This document shows positions 1-12,619 of a stretch of 64,000 bases of DNA, one piece after another. The notes beneath the pieces are model-generated. The model saw nothing but the letters and a program-made list of their open reading frames with translations. It was not told the DNA's origin and did no database searches. The stretch is from Mobula hypostoma (lineage: Eukaryota), in the NCBI RefSeq assembly GCF_963921235.1, contig NC_086118.1:15130001-15194000 (forward strand), given 5' to 3'. How positions within the stretch are numbered: the first letter of the stretch is position 1; every line of letters begins with the position of its first letter. A program made the translations under genes and the position numbers.

Positions 1-2589
1 AAAAGGCATTTTCCTGTGCTGTAAGGTTCTATGTTCCAAAACTCCATGAAATAATTTCTCACTCTTGATAACAGCAATTAGAAAATACGAAGATTTAGAA
101 TACAACATTTTGGCAAATGTACACGTAGAATAATGTTACTTAAATGAAAAAAATTTTTACAAATTCCCCAATACTCTCAGAAATTCTCTGAAAAAGCCAT
201 TTAACACAACTTGCGCCACACCACAAAGGCTGAAGGACATTTGTACCTTTTTGCTTAGCTTTGCACGGGAAGTGGATGGACTGAAAACAGAAGATACTTT
301 CAGATTTCAAGACTGGATACTTATTCTGAGAGAACGTACACCTCGAAGGTGATGGAGGAAATTAGGGAAAATGTTCAACACATAATAATGTGCAAATGAT
401 ATATTTTATCTCCCACTTCTCTCAACCACACAAACTTCCGACCTGTGCCTTGTAAGGCATAAAAAAATGCCCGACGCAAGCTTCTCAAGGTCTGAGTCGA
501 CGTTCCCTCTCTCAACCAACTAGAGTCTATGGATTCTGCAAATCTTCTCCATGAGTCAACTGAAAATCTACTGGATGAGTCTTTAATTGACACAAGGATT
601 TGCCTGTGTTGCCTTTTTCCTTCCAGTTTCTCCACAAGCATGAGATTAGATGCCCTGCATAAAAATTAAAATCAGTACAGCTGGCAACAGATGCAAGACT
701 GCTGTCCTTCCTGATTAGTTCCCCAGATGTTGCTCCTTGTCAGAGGATGATGATTTAAACATTTCTTCCTGGGATTCAACTGGCATTCCTTAAACGGCAT
801 TTACTTTCCAGCACTAATTGCCTTGTTCAACTGAGCTACTTCTGGAGTCAGTTCAGACTCAGCTGTGGGATTGGAGTTACTTAAGGCATTATTCTCAAAA
901 AACGGGTAATTTCATTTAGTTTTCCAGGTAGAAATTACTTCCTGTGTTTTCAGTTAAGGAAGTATATTTGATGTCTCTTTTGAAAACAAGTTATGCCCAA
1001 GATAGAGGTCAATTTTACTTTCTTTGTTTGGATGATTGAGATCAGGTTTTCTATCATGTATAGAGCTGACTCTGCAAAGCGAGGACATTCCATGGACAGT
1101 TTAATTTGAGAAATCTGGAAATCATAAATATAGCTCTGTGACTAAACATTAGTTGATGCTATGAATGCAGCTCTACCTTAATACTAACATTTTATCTGAC
1201 GAGGAGGTTCAACCTCACTTTGTCTGTGTTCTCTTTCCATCGCCGCTACTCACTCGCAGAGAGTTTGCAGCATTCTGTATTTTTATTTGCTATTAATGTT
1301 TTTTTGCCCCCTTCATTTTCCTCACAGGGATATAAAGGGGTGGAAGATTCTATGATGAGTGTAGCTCCATAGGAATCAGTGCTCTTCGATATCTTACAGA
1401 ACTTCACTGAGTTTCAGAAGGCTATTTAGCAAAGGCACTACAAAACTGACTTTTATCTCCGTATCTGATGGCCTGCACTTCCACCAAGGAATGCTGCTAC
1501 TGTTAATAACCCTCCAAACTCCCCAAACAAAATCAGTGAAGATAGAAGCAAGGCTCCAGCTATAAGGGCTCAGCCTCCAAATCATTGGGAGAATAAGAAA
1601 AGGAAATGATGTCATGGTTCAGCTGATCATCATAAATATTGACTTCATACAATTAGTTTCTCAGAGAATACAACAACCTACTCCTCCAAATTCAGCATTT
1701 ATTTCTATGGATACACATCTTAGATGTATGGGTTGTGTTTCTGTATTGGTAAAATGGAACATACAGTGGAAACATTTCAATAGACACACACATAGGTAAA
1801 TCAGTTTTTTTCAACTACAATCATTATTTGAATTACGATTCATATCTCTCCAAATATGAATCACATAGTTTTTGAAGTTTTCAATGTCAAAGTTAAAATC
1901 GCCTTAGAAACACTCTGGTACAATATGGAGACAGAACTGCTTTAAAAGACACTCTCTCATCTGAACTATCTTTAACAAAAACTCTTTAGACCTGCATAAT
2001 AAGCAGCAGCAATAATTTAAAAATAATCCTCATGGGTATCCCCACTATCCACCACTTCCGAGTTCTCTCTGTTCCTTTTCACCAAATGATGTTCCAATCC
2101 TTTTTGTTATGGCTGCATATTCCTAGCACCTGTGGCATAAAGCCATTTCCCCAAACACACAGTGGAACAATATGACAGGTTTACACATACACTTTGGATT
2201 TTGTATCAAAACTGAAGGGTATTTCACAGCAGGTTATTTGAAATAAATCCATGGAGTAGAACAGAACCCCATAAATATGAGTGATGTTAGGTTTGATTCC
2301 ATACGCCTATAACTGCTCAATCCATCCATATCTGAAAAAATCACTAAAGGAATCATGAATATTAGGGAAAATAATCAAAATTATCAGCAAATAGACTTTT
2401 TGAGATTATAACAATCATAAACTAACAAGGAGAATGGGTGAAAGGGCAGCATTTAGATTTTTAGTTACCACAGAAGACATCAGTCAATAACCTTAAACCA
2501 CATACATGTAGTATTATGATGCAGACTGAGAATTAGTTAATGGACAAAAATCAGAAGATGTAGATGGAAGGCTGTAACCAATGGATGCT

Positions 2590-3222
2590 ACAGTTGATGT
2601 GAATGATATGCCTGAGGGAACTGTGTGTGATATATCAGCAACACACACAAAATGCTGGAGGAACTCAGCAGGCCAGGCAGTATCTATGGAAAAAAGCATC
2701 CACATTTACAGCATCTGCAGATTTTCTCTTGTTTGTGTGTAATATATCCCAGGTTTGCTCATGGTACAAAGCTGGGTGGTCGTGTGCATCATGAAGAAAG
2801 TGCAGACAGGCTCAGCAAGATATAGACAGACTGAATGAAGGGGTGAAGACAAATATATCATAAGAATGTAAATTACCTACTTTGGTGGGGGGGCGGGAAA
2901 TTGTTTTACCACAGTTTTAATGGGAATGTCTAAGACCAGAGGACACAGCCTCAGAATAGAGGGGCGTCCTTTTAGAACATTGATGAGGATGAATTTCTTT
3001 AATCAGAGAGAGGTAAATCTGTGGAATTTGTTGCCACAGATAGCTGTGGGGGCCAAGTCATTGGGTATACTTAAGGCAGATTCTTGATTAGTCATGCCAT
3101 GAAGAGATACGGGGAGAAGGCAGGAGTTGGGGCTGAGAGGGAACATGTTTCAGCAATGATGAAATGGCACAGCAGACTCATTGGGTCAAATAGTCTAATT
3201 CTGCTCCAAAATCTTATGGTAA
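2590..3222 (+). mobile_element. CR1/HER1 LINE fragments (RT piece and 3' end), interrupted by a PLE-derived insert
   Basis: Decayed 'ISRFAHGTKLGG' (CR1 FADDTKLGG), GGACACAGCCTCAGAATA, TGTGGAATT..TTGCCACAG, and CTGCTCC..TCTTATGGT tail shared with other CR1 copies here. Confidence 0.75.
2637..2733. mobile_element. Short PLE-terminus-derived element
   Basis: GCAACACACACAAAATGCTGGAGGAACTCAGCAGG joined to an opposite-orientation terminal tail CAGCATCTGCAGATTTTCTCTTGTTT; flanked by TGTGTGTGATATATC (2622-2636) / TGTGTGTAATATATC (2734-2748). Confidence 0.8.
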
Positions 3223-5484
3223 TCATACCCAACCTGGGAGATTATTTTGTGGTCCAGCCTCTCTGTCCAAGGAAGACAACACTTGGGAAATGGCACTGTG
3301 AGAAATTGTCAGGCATGATGACACCGCAGGGTGGGAAAGATGCAAAGGACTGAGTGGTGTCCTCCTGCTTTATTTCTTAGCTTATGTCCTAAGAAATTTA
3401 GCTGCAGGTGTTTAGCTGTAACAAGGAGTGATGGTTCCATGTGCCCTGTTGTGGTGATATTTTGTATGGATGTAGCACTCCAGTACATCAAAGGAATGCA
3501 GCTATGACAGCTCACTGCTTGTTCAAATTGGGGTATCTTTAAGGTTCAAACCTGAATCCATGACGACTGAGAAAATCACAACCCATAAAAGGATGACATG
3601 TGACCAATTTAACAGAACATCCTTTCCCTATGATACAAGACTCATGGACCCACTACAAAATTCTACTATAGAATTTGAAAAAAACTTTGAAATGGCCGTG
3701 AGTAATTTGTTCTCTGACAAGCACTTTGCACGTGGGATCAAATGACAAATTGGTTGCAGCACATGGAGCATCAGACAAGGCAACAACAGGGAGGAACCAG
3801 GTTTTGACTCGTCAAAGTTGAACACAGACCTTCTCCAAGAGAGACTTAGAGTGAAATAAGTCAGCAGTCCCAGAGTTTCTTGAAAACTGGGGTTTTCCAG
3901 TGAGGGGAAGAAGAAAATTTAATGTAAGGGGGCAGAATTCCAACTGAATATATAGCAACGGACTGAAATGAATCGTTTTCACAAATCTGGAAAGGGGACA
4001 GGAATTTTTAAAATTTAAGTTCTTAGTGAAACACTGCTGCACACAGCAACAACAAAACAATGTACTTGATGTCCAACTGTTGCTTCTTGTTTTTTTTCTA
4101 AATGAGAAGTTATTTTTATTTGAATGTACAATGGAAATATGTCAGAAAATGGGAGGAAGAAGATTTAATTAACTTGCTGGATATCAGAGAGATCATCCTG
4201 GCTTTTTGGTGACTGTCTCAGAATTGTACTGTTACATCCGCTGCCCATTCACCATATGTCACTTTCAATGACTAGAATAACTAACAGGAAACCCTTCTGA
4301 ATCTGCCTGTTTGACTCTAATGTCCAAATAATATCACTCCATCTAAAGCAGGGGTTCTCAACATGGAGAGAGTCCTTTCACAATGATGACCATCACTGTG
4401 TGAATCCAGCAATTAACAGTGATGTGAAACGTACATGTAAGGTTTTAATATCTCCCAAAAGGAGTAAACCGTGATAACAATTTCAGTAAACAAGGTTGTC
4501 CCAATTTCCCAATTATGTTTGTGACATCTGATTTGGTGTCAGAACTAGACACAACACCCAGAGAAACTGCCTCAGCTCCAATTTTCATTTCAGAGTTTGG
4601 AAACTATTCCGCTGGAGAGGAATCAAAGAGATTAGGTACTCAGAGACCAGGAACGGAAAAACCAAGGGAGAACATTAAAAGGAAACAAACCTTGCAACTA
4701 AAGAAAACACAGTGGATACTGAAGGTATAAAAACATGCATGGAAAATAGGAACAGGTCCAATTACATATGGCTAATTATATTTAAACCAATTATTTTCTT
4801 GTTGAAAGGGTTATTATCTTCTGCAGTATGCATGGTAAATCTAGCATCAATTTTATGCTCACGTTTATAGGATAATAGACACAACAATTCAAGCAATCCT
4901 TTTACTGAATGCAAACACAGCTATGCCACAAGGCTATTGCCATCATTTATTTCCACACTTGCAACTGCAGACTTAGTGTAAGTTGGGCCTTGATTTTAAA
5001 AATGCTTCTCACCACCACCACCCCGCCCCCCAACACTTCCAAGTCCTTCCCCCACTCCCCTCTTCAATTATTTCTCACTTTATATGAATAGCTCCATAGA
5101 AAATAATAAAATTTACTTTTTAATGTAAGAAGCTTGCTTTTTTATTGGTTTGAATGTTCAAAGCACCTATTGTCACAATATTCAACTATTCAATAATTCA
5201 CAAACACAGGGAAATGGCCACAGTTTTACTCTGAGTAGTTATATTTTTCAAAGGAAAGAGATAGGGAGAGAAAATCCTTGGATGAAAAGACTTAAATTGC
5301 TGCAGAAAGTTGTGAGAAGCAGCAAATGCCTTCAGAAGTTAGTACTTCTTGCCAGGTTTTAAGCTGCTGTTTTTGGCAAAGCAAATGAAATAAATGCTGC
5401 AGAAATGTAACTTATAAATTCTGCGTAGTAACGTGTTGATAGTTCATGCCCCTGGCAAATCGAACAGGAAAATAAAGTACAGTA

Positions 5485-6274
5485 CAGAGGAATCTAGTCA
5501 ATTAATTGGGCCATCACTTGATCAGGGCAGCCATTTAATTGGGACAACTCAAAGTACAAAAACTAAATTGAGAAAGTAGCCGGGATTCTATTAGTTTATT
5601 TGGGACACTATGCCTCTTAATTGAGGCAAGAAACTATTGCTGAACAGTTTCTAACTAGCACTTGTGTGGCCATTAGACACTACATCATACTTGGAGCAAC
5701 CTGTTTATAAATAGCAACAGTTGCTTGTGTTTGTGTTCGTGTTCAGAAAAAAGTGATTTTTATCACTAATAGTTGGCAAAAATAAACAATAAGACAAATT
5801 TGAATCTGTTTTGCTCACCACAGTTTCAAGCTTTCAGGCTTGGAGAAATGGCTGGGAGTGAAAATAAAACGATTTAACGACTTCAAGTTGGGAATTATGA
5901 AGATATCAATAATTATCTTAAATGTTACAATGAAAATGAAGATTTGGATGAGATAATTATCTAAAGCATTGTATTAAGGCAGTCCATTATCTGCACTAGG
6001 TAATTTGTTAATTTACAGTTAATCATAAGAACATGGCAGATAGAATAGTCGATAACTATTAGGAACTAATACATTGTTTTATAGTATTGTAGAGGTAGTG
6101 TTCTAATTTGCTTTATGTTTCATTTAAATACATAATTTGTTATGCAGTTAAATAGTAGCTTGTCATTTTTATACCTTTTTAACTATTTCCATGTAACTTT
6201 GGTTAATTAGGCAGCCACTTAATTGGACCAAAATGTACTGGTCCTAATGTTCCCCAATTAACTAGAATCCATTT
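5485..6274. mobile_element. Non-autonomous Tigger/pogo-like DNA transposon
   Basis: TA|CAGAGGAATCTAG..TTAATTGGG left end and CCCAATTAACTAGAATCCA right end (degenerate TIRs); internal TTAATTGGG sub-terminal repeats. Confidence 0.6.
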
Positions 6275-6364
6275 AAGTAGCCTTTTTCATAGCAGAATGG
6301 CATAGCAGACTCGATGGGCCGATGGTATAATTCTACTGCTGTATTTTATGGTCCTAAGATTTCT

Positions 6365-6740
6365 CGATGTTCCAAAGGGTGTAAAAGCCAATTATGTAAT
6401 TTTGAAGTTCATTGTAATGTTATAACATAAGAAAAATAACTTTCAATTTGCACACAAGGCATCAAGCAATACTGGTATACCAATGGTACATTTATTTTAG
6501 TAATATTAATTGAATGCTAGATATTGCATTGGATGCAGGAAAATCTCCCGTTCTTTCTTGAATACTAATGCAGGAATATTTCACATCCTGAGATGCCATC
6601 CAGAGCTTTGCTTTAATATCTCAAAGATACAGTGTTTCTGACTACAATCCCAGCTGCACTGGCATGTCAGTCTAGATCTAATGCACACATTTTTTGAGTG
6701 GGATTTGAATCCACAATATACTGATTCCAAGGCAACAGAG
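6365..6740 (-). mobile_element. Ancient DeuSINE-like (SacSINE/AmnSINE-type) SINE
   Basis: GAGTGGGATTTGAATCCACAA (reverse B-box head), CTGCACTGGCATGTCAGTCTAGAT and Deu-domain-like body, recognised from memory of the family. Confidence 0.55.
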
Positions 6741-7101
6741 AAGCAAAGCAATTTTCCTACATGTTCCTTCCCGTCTCAGAGGTATTACACAACACTATCA
6801 AAGACAATGCTACTCTGGATTTGTAATATGGTTTAGTGCATACAGATTTTTTTTGTTATTTTCGTTTCAAAGGTCAACATACCTGTACACATTTGTACAG
6901 CAGTTGCTAAAAGTTTGAAAATTTGAATGGGCTCATACTGAGTCTATTATGTATTCTGAATTTACAGCAATCTTGGTTCTTAGGATTTGATGGACTTGGG
7001 TGATATGTACTGTAAATGGTATAAATCTTGTTAAGTGTCACTTAATTCCCTCATGCCGTGGGGAAATGAAGGGATTTGCTACCCATTTTGCAAGCTGCTT
7101 T

Positions 7102-7434
7102 ATTTCACTTTTGCTTGACTACTGCTGTAAGTAAACATTTCCAAGTCACCCCCAACCACAAACTGTTCCAGCTGCTACCAGCCGGGAAACGGTACCGCAG
7201 CATAAAAGCCAGGACCAACAGGCTCCGGGACAGCTTCTTCCACCAGGCCATCAGACTGATTAATCCATGCTGATACAATTGCATTTGTATGTTACATTGA
7301 CTGTCCTGTTGTACATACTATTTATTTCAAATTACTATAAATTGCACATTGCACATTTAGGTGGAGACGTATTGTAAAGATTTTTACTCATGTATGTGAA
7401 CGATGTCAGTAATCAAGTCCATTCAATTCCATTC
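7102..7434 (+). mobile_element. Rex1/Babar LINE 3' end with a shared ~45-bp 5' extension
   Basis: Encodes PNHKLFQLLPAGKRYRSIKARTNRLRDSFFHQAIRLIN; (TTCAA)n-like tail; inverted paralog at 13703-14032. Confidence 0.8.
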
Positions 7435-7540
7435 TTCTTTTTGCTTCAAATGATAATTCCCAATAATGACACAAGTAAACGGTCATCCTAGTTAACAAAT
7501 TCAGATTATGTACAGGCCTGTGTTTAAGAGAAACTTGTTT

Positions 7541-7735
7541 AACACAAAAGATGCTCAAGGAACTCAATGGGTCAGGCAGGATCTATGGGCTGTAAACCTT
7601 TTGGGTTGAGCCCCTTCATCTGGATGGAGCATTAGAAACATCGACTGTCAATTTCCCTCCATGGATGTTGCATGGCCGACCGAGTTCCTCCAGTGCCTTT
7701 TGTGTCACTCCAGTTTCCAGCATCTGCAGTCAATT
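7541..7735. mobile_element. Degenerate PLE-derived foldback element
   Basis: Two PLE termini in inverted orientation, joined within a decayed hammerhead (..CCCTTCATCTGGA..GAAACATCGACTG). Confidence 0.7.
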
Positions 7736-10305
7736 GCTTCTCCAAGGCAAAATGACTGTCCAGTTTTATATCACATTGAATAGTTTGTATAATTCCATAT
7801 CTATAATGTTTACCGCACTTCTCTGTTCTTTCTTTTCAGAAACTGTTAGCCGTTAGTCGCTAGGACCTTCACATGCAAATTAGAGATTTGCAAATCCATC
7901 TCACTTCAGATACCTTCCTGCTGTACTGACTGATAGTTTCACTCTTGGAGGAGACGTCTTTCTCGAAGAGGTACTAAACTAAGACATTGTACCTTATCAG
8001 AAAGAGGTAAAAATCCTAGGGATTTATTTCAAAGAAAAACAAAAAAAAAGTAACCCATACCGAATATTACGAAACAAATAACTTTGTTATCACATTGCTG
8101 CTTACAGAATTAGCTACTGTTTTCTACAATATAACAATGACTACAAGACATGGGCTAAAATACATTGGATGTGTAACTTGAGTCATGGAAATGCACAATT
8201 ACCCTTATTCATAATTGTTTTCCACTTTCTGGGGTTAATAATTGATCACCAATAGAAACATGGGAGCTACCTCCTTTAAAACAAGATGTACTGTAACACA
8301 CTAAATAGGCTGCTACATATCAACACAGCACCATTATGACTTGGCCTGACACATCCCTCAGTCATATGGTTTACCATTCAACCATTTGACAGCCCCAATC
8401 CAAAAACCAACAAAACCTTGCAGGGTCAGCATCAAAGAGAAAACAGTAGTGGAGAAAAATTTAAACTACTTAGAACTACTCAGGAGTGACCACAGCTATA
8501 TGTACAAATGTACTTAAGAGCAACAAAAATGTGGTGTAATACCAGCATGAGATGTGGACTTTGTGGAAAAGGTACAAATTCATTCCAAAACAAGCACAAT
8601 TCATGGTTCCTCAGCTCAGAGACTATGTAAAGACTGGAATACCCCAGTAGGATGTTTTGCCAAAATATATATCCAGTTACTCCTGGGATCAGAATATAAA
8701 ATTCAGGCCAAGATCAACCCTTTCTCTGTTACATAAACTCATATTTGATTAAGAATCTCTGGACAAAATATTGGGCAATTATTTCTAGAATATGGATACA
8801 ACAAAGTCATTTCATCCAACTTAAATATCAATGAAGCTGGTTGATCATGGAGTCACAACTGATGGTATTTTAGAACCAGAAATGATTTGTTTAAAAAAAA
8901 GCTAGGCCACTCGTATTTACTTTAAAACAACCTTGGAGCCCGAGGTTTCATCCAACTGAAACAAAGGCAGCCATTCTGCCAACGTTCACTTGTGGAATGA
9001 CCATTTGGGCAAGGGACAGTATCAAGGGAACTGCAAAACCATACACATCCATTTCCCCTGAAAGGAGTTAAAAGAAGTTACTTTAAAAATAAAATCCTGT
9101 ATTATATCTAGATTACACAGCCTGCTGAATTACCTTCATGTAGAAAAGGAGGAAGATTATTCTGCCAAGTACCAAGCTGTCATTGAGTTGTGTAGCAGGG
9201 AACCAGCTCCTTTGGACTATTAAGTCAGGACTGACCATCAAATACATATTTGGACTAATCCTACGCTAATCCCATTTTATTCTTCCCCTATACTGTGTTG
9301 TAGCCAAATATCTTCTAGTCCCTTAATCAAAGCAAATATTCTGGAAAAATGTATCTTAGCTCCTCCCTGTATCACCCCTTTGTAACCAATCCTGCCTCCC
9401 ACCCCAACAATTTTCAAGGAGGATGTAGAAGAGAACGAGGAGCTTCTTATTAAAACAGGAGCTGGAGGAGCAAGGGAGCAGAGAAAATTAGGTCCTGCTA
9501 CCTTGTACCACTGTAGCTAGCACCAACTAGATATCAGTGACAATGCATGAAGGTTAGGGACAGAGAAAGCATCCTGACAGTGGAGTGAACTGACCATCTT
9601 TGGGTAACATCTATTTAAAATACATCTTGGGTTTGGAGTGGTTGTAAGGTCACATAAAGCAAAATTGAGGTAGGGAGCATGCAGATAAAACTCATGAAGC
9701 TTATGGGATTCATAAGTCAAATGTTTGGTGCAGCAAATGACCTGCAGGTAACCTTGCAACTAATGAGGTAGATGTGCCTTGACAAAGATGCTAAAATTCA
9801 TCTCCTACAGTATGAAGACTGTCAATGCATTCATCTACATATATTGCAGAGTGTGTGCATTGCAGGTTCAGTTCTGCTGTTGATATTGCAAAATTCTGCA
9901 GAAGATCATGAAACAGTGGATCTTCAGCGGTTTGGGACAGTAACAAAAAACATACCAAGCAAATCCAGCTCAGAGCAACATGCAAAAGATGCTGGAGGAA
10001 CTCAGCAGGTCAAGCAACATCTACAGAAATGAATAAACAATTGATGTTTCAGGCCAAGACCCTTCACCAGGACTGGAAAGGAAGGAGGAAGATTCCAGAA
10101 TAAGAAAATGGAAGAAGGGGAAGGAAGACAAGCTAGAAAGTGATAGGTGAAGCCAGGTGGGTGGGGGAGGGGAACGAAGTAAGAAGATAGGAGGTGATGG
10201 GTGGAAAAGGCAAAGGACTGGAGAAGAAGGAGCCTGATAGGAGAAACACACATCAAAGTTGCTGGTGAACGCAGCAGGCCAGGCAGCATCTCTAGGAAGA
10301 GGTAC

Positions 10306-10341
10306 AGTCGACGTTTCAGGCCGAGACCCTTCGTCAGGACT
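10306..10341 (-). ncRNA. Minimal type I hammerhead ribozyme motif (intact core) in the PLE terminus
   Basis: Minus strand reads AGUC-CUGACGA-A-GGGUCUCGGCCU-GAAA-CGUC^GACU: stem I AGUC/GACU, core boxes, loopless palindromic stem III ACGU. Confidence 0.85.
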
Positions 10342-10633
10342 AACTGAAGGAAGAGTTAGTAAGAGATTTGAAAGTGGGAGGGGGAGGGGGAGATTCAAAA
10401 TGATAGGAGAAGACAGCAGGGGGAGGGATGGAGCCAAGAGCTGGACAGGTGATTGGCAAAGGATCACGAGAGGATCATGGGACAGGAGGTCCGGGAAGAA
10501 AGACAAGGGGGTGCGGAACCAGAGGATGGGCAAGGGGTACAGTCAGAGGGACAGAGGGAGAAAAAGGAGAGTGAGAGAAAGAACGTGTGTATAAAAATAA
10601 ATAACAGATGGGGTACGAGGGGGAGGTAGGGCA

Positions 10634-11990
10634 TTAGCGAAAGTTAGAGAAGTCGATGTTCATGCCTTCAGGTTGGAGGCTACCCAGACGGAATATAAGG
10701 TGTTGTTCCTCCAACCTGAGTGTGGCTTCATCTTTACAGTAGAGGAGGCCGTGGATAGACATGTCAGAATGGGAATAGGATGTGGAATTAAAATGTGTGG
10801 CCACAGGGAGATCCTGCTTTCTCTGGCGGCAGAGCGTAGGTGTTCAGCAAAGCGGTCTCCCAGTCTGCGTCGGGTCTCGCCAATATATAGAAGGCCACAT
10901 CGGGAGCACCGGACGCAGTATATCACCCCGGCCAACTCACAGGTGAAGTGTCACCTCACCTGGAAGAACTGTTTGGGGCCCTGAATGGTGGTAAGGGAGG
11001 AAGTGTAAGGGCATGTGTAGCACTTGTTCCACTTACACGGATAAGTGCCAGGAGGGAGATCAGTGGGGAGGGATGGGGAGGAGGAATGGACAAGGGAGTC
11101 GTGTAGGGAGCGATCCCTGCGGAAAGCAGAGAGAGGCGGGGAGGGAAAGATGTGCTTAGTGGTGGGATCTCGTTGGAGGTGGCGGATGTTACGGAGAATA
11201 TGTTGGACCCGGAGGCTGGTGGGGTGGTAGGTGAGGACCAGGGGAACCCTATTCCTAGTGGGGTGGTGGGAGGATGGAGTGAGAGCAGATGTACGTGAAA
11301 TGGGGGAGATGCGTTTGAGAGCAGAGTTGATAGTGGAGGAAGGGAAGCCCCTTTCTTTAAAAAAGGAGGACATCTCCCTCATCCTAGAATGAAAAGCCTC
11401 ATCCAAGAGCAGATGCGGCGGAGATGGAGGAATTGCGAGAAGGGGATGGCGTTTTTGCAAGAGACAGGGTGAGAAGAGGAATAGTCCAGATAGCTGTGAG
11501 AGTCAGGAGACTTATAGTAGACATCAGTGGATAAGCTGTCTCCAGAGACAGAGACAGAAAGATCTAGAAAGGGGAGGGAGGTGTCAGAAATGGACCAGGT
11601 AAACTTGAGGGCAGGGTGAAAGTTGGAGGCAAAGTTAATAAAGTCAACGAGCTCAGCATGCGTGCAGGAAGCAGCACCAATGCAGTCGTCGATGTAGCGA
11701 AGGAAAAGTGGGGGACAGATACCAGAATAGGCACGGAACATAGATTGTTCCACAAAGCCAACAAAAAGGCAGGCATAGCTAGGACCCATACGGGTGCCCA
11801 TAGATACACCTTTAGTTTGGAGGAAGTGGGAGGAGCCAAAGGAGAAATTATTAAGAGTAAGGACTAATTCCGCTAGATGGAGCAGAATGGTGGTAGAGAG
11901 GAACTGATTAGGTCTGGAATTCAAAAAGAAGCGGAGAGCTTTGAGACCTTCCTGATGGGGGATGGAAGTATATAGGGACTGGACATCCAT
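10634..11990 (-). pseudogene. PLE reverse transcriptase / GIY-YIG endonuclease ORF, disrupted
   Basis: MDVQSLYTSIPH, QTKGVSMGTRMGPSYACLF, FLRYIDD, FLDLSV, GVIYCVRCSRCGLLYIGETRRRLGDRFAEH; frameshift near 11400, in-frame TGA at 10951-10953, frameshift near 10820. Confidence 0.92.
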
Positions 11991-12619
11991 GGTGAAAATA
12001 AAGCGGTGGGGGCCAGGGAACTGACCCTGATGTTTGCCTGATAGGAGGGAAGGGTTGCAGCTCCAACAAGCTCATAGGTGAGGTGTGGCCTCACCTAAAA
12101 TGACAGTTAGAGGCCCTGAAAGGAGGTGAGAGAGGAGGTGAATGGACAAGTGTAGCACTTCTGCTGCTTGCAAGGACAAGTACCAGGAAAGAGATAGGGG
12201 AAAGGGACAAATAGACAAGGAAATCTCGGAGGGAGTGATCCCGGAAGAAAGGGGAGAGTGGGGAGGGTTAAATATGGGTTTGTTGATAGGGTCCCATTGA
12301 AGACGGTGGAAGTTGAAGAGAATGATGTGTTGGATGCAGAGGCTCATGGGTTGGTAAGAGAGGACAAGAGGAACTTCCAGCTCAGAACACGCAGCCTCCA
12401 TGTAACAGGAAAGTGCTGAAATAGGAATTCATGCAATTGCCAAAACATTGCTGGGCTTCCTAGTTGAAAAGAGCTAGCAGGGTATCTCAGCTGCCCAAAT
12501 ATTTCCTATTAGACAGATGAAAACAGCAAGGGGAAACCTCAGAGTAGGAAAACATAGGTGCCTCTCTAGATGGTGATAATTCTGCTCCCTCTTCCACTAT
12601 AGTGTATTGCCCTTTTATG

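Larger units (their letters stand above)
10244..12035 (-). mobile_element. Penelope-like retroelement (Neptune-like), 5'-truncated, young
   Basis: RT, Cys-rich linker (YPCKWNKCYTCPY), GIY-YIG, 3' terminus; perfect 12-bp TSD GCCTGATAGGAG at 10232-10243 and 12036-12047. Confidence 0.93.
9975..12385 (-). mobile_element. Older PLE copy split by a younger PLE (pieces ~9975-10243 and ~12048-12385)
   Basis: Terminus GATGCTGGAGGAACTCAGCAGG; linker region 'VPLVLSYQP..IQHIILFNFHRLQWDP' at 12072-12401. Confidence 0.8.

Noticed and set aside
150..960. Short coding-looking frames (375-641 minus ORF; possible AG..GT exon at 181-348 plus)
   Set aside because: No recognisable protein family, stops in neighbouring frames, and no supportable partner exons
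10021..10594. 170-aa and 111-aa ORFs
   Set aside because: Products of the purine/pyrimidine-skewed PLE 3' UTR
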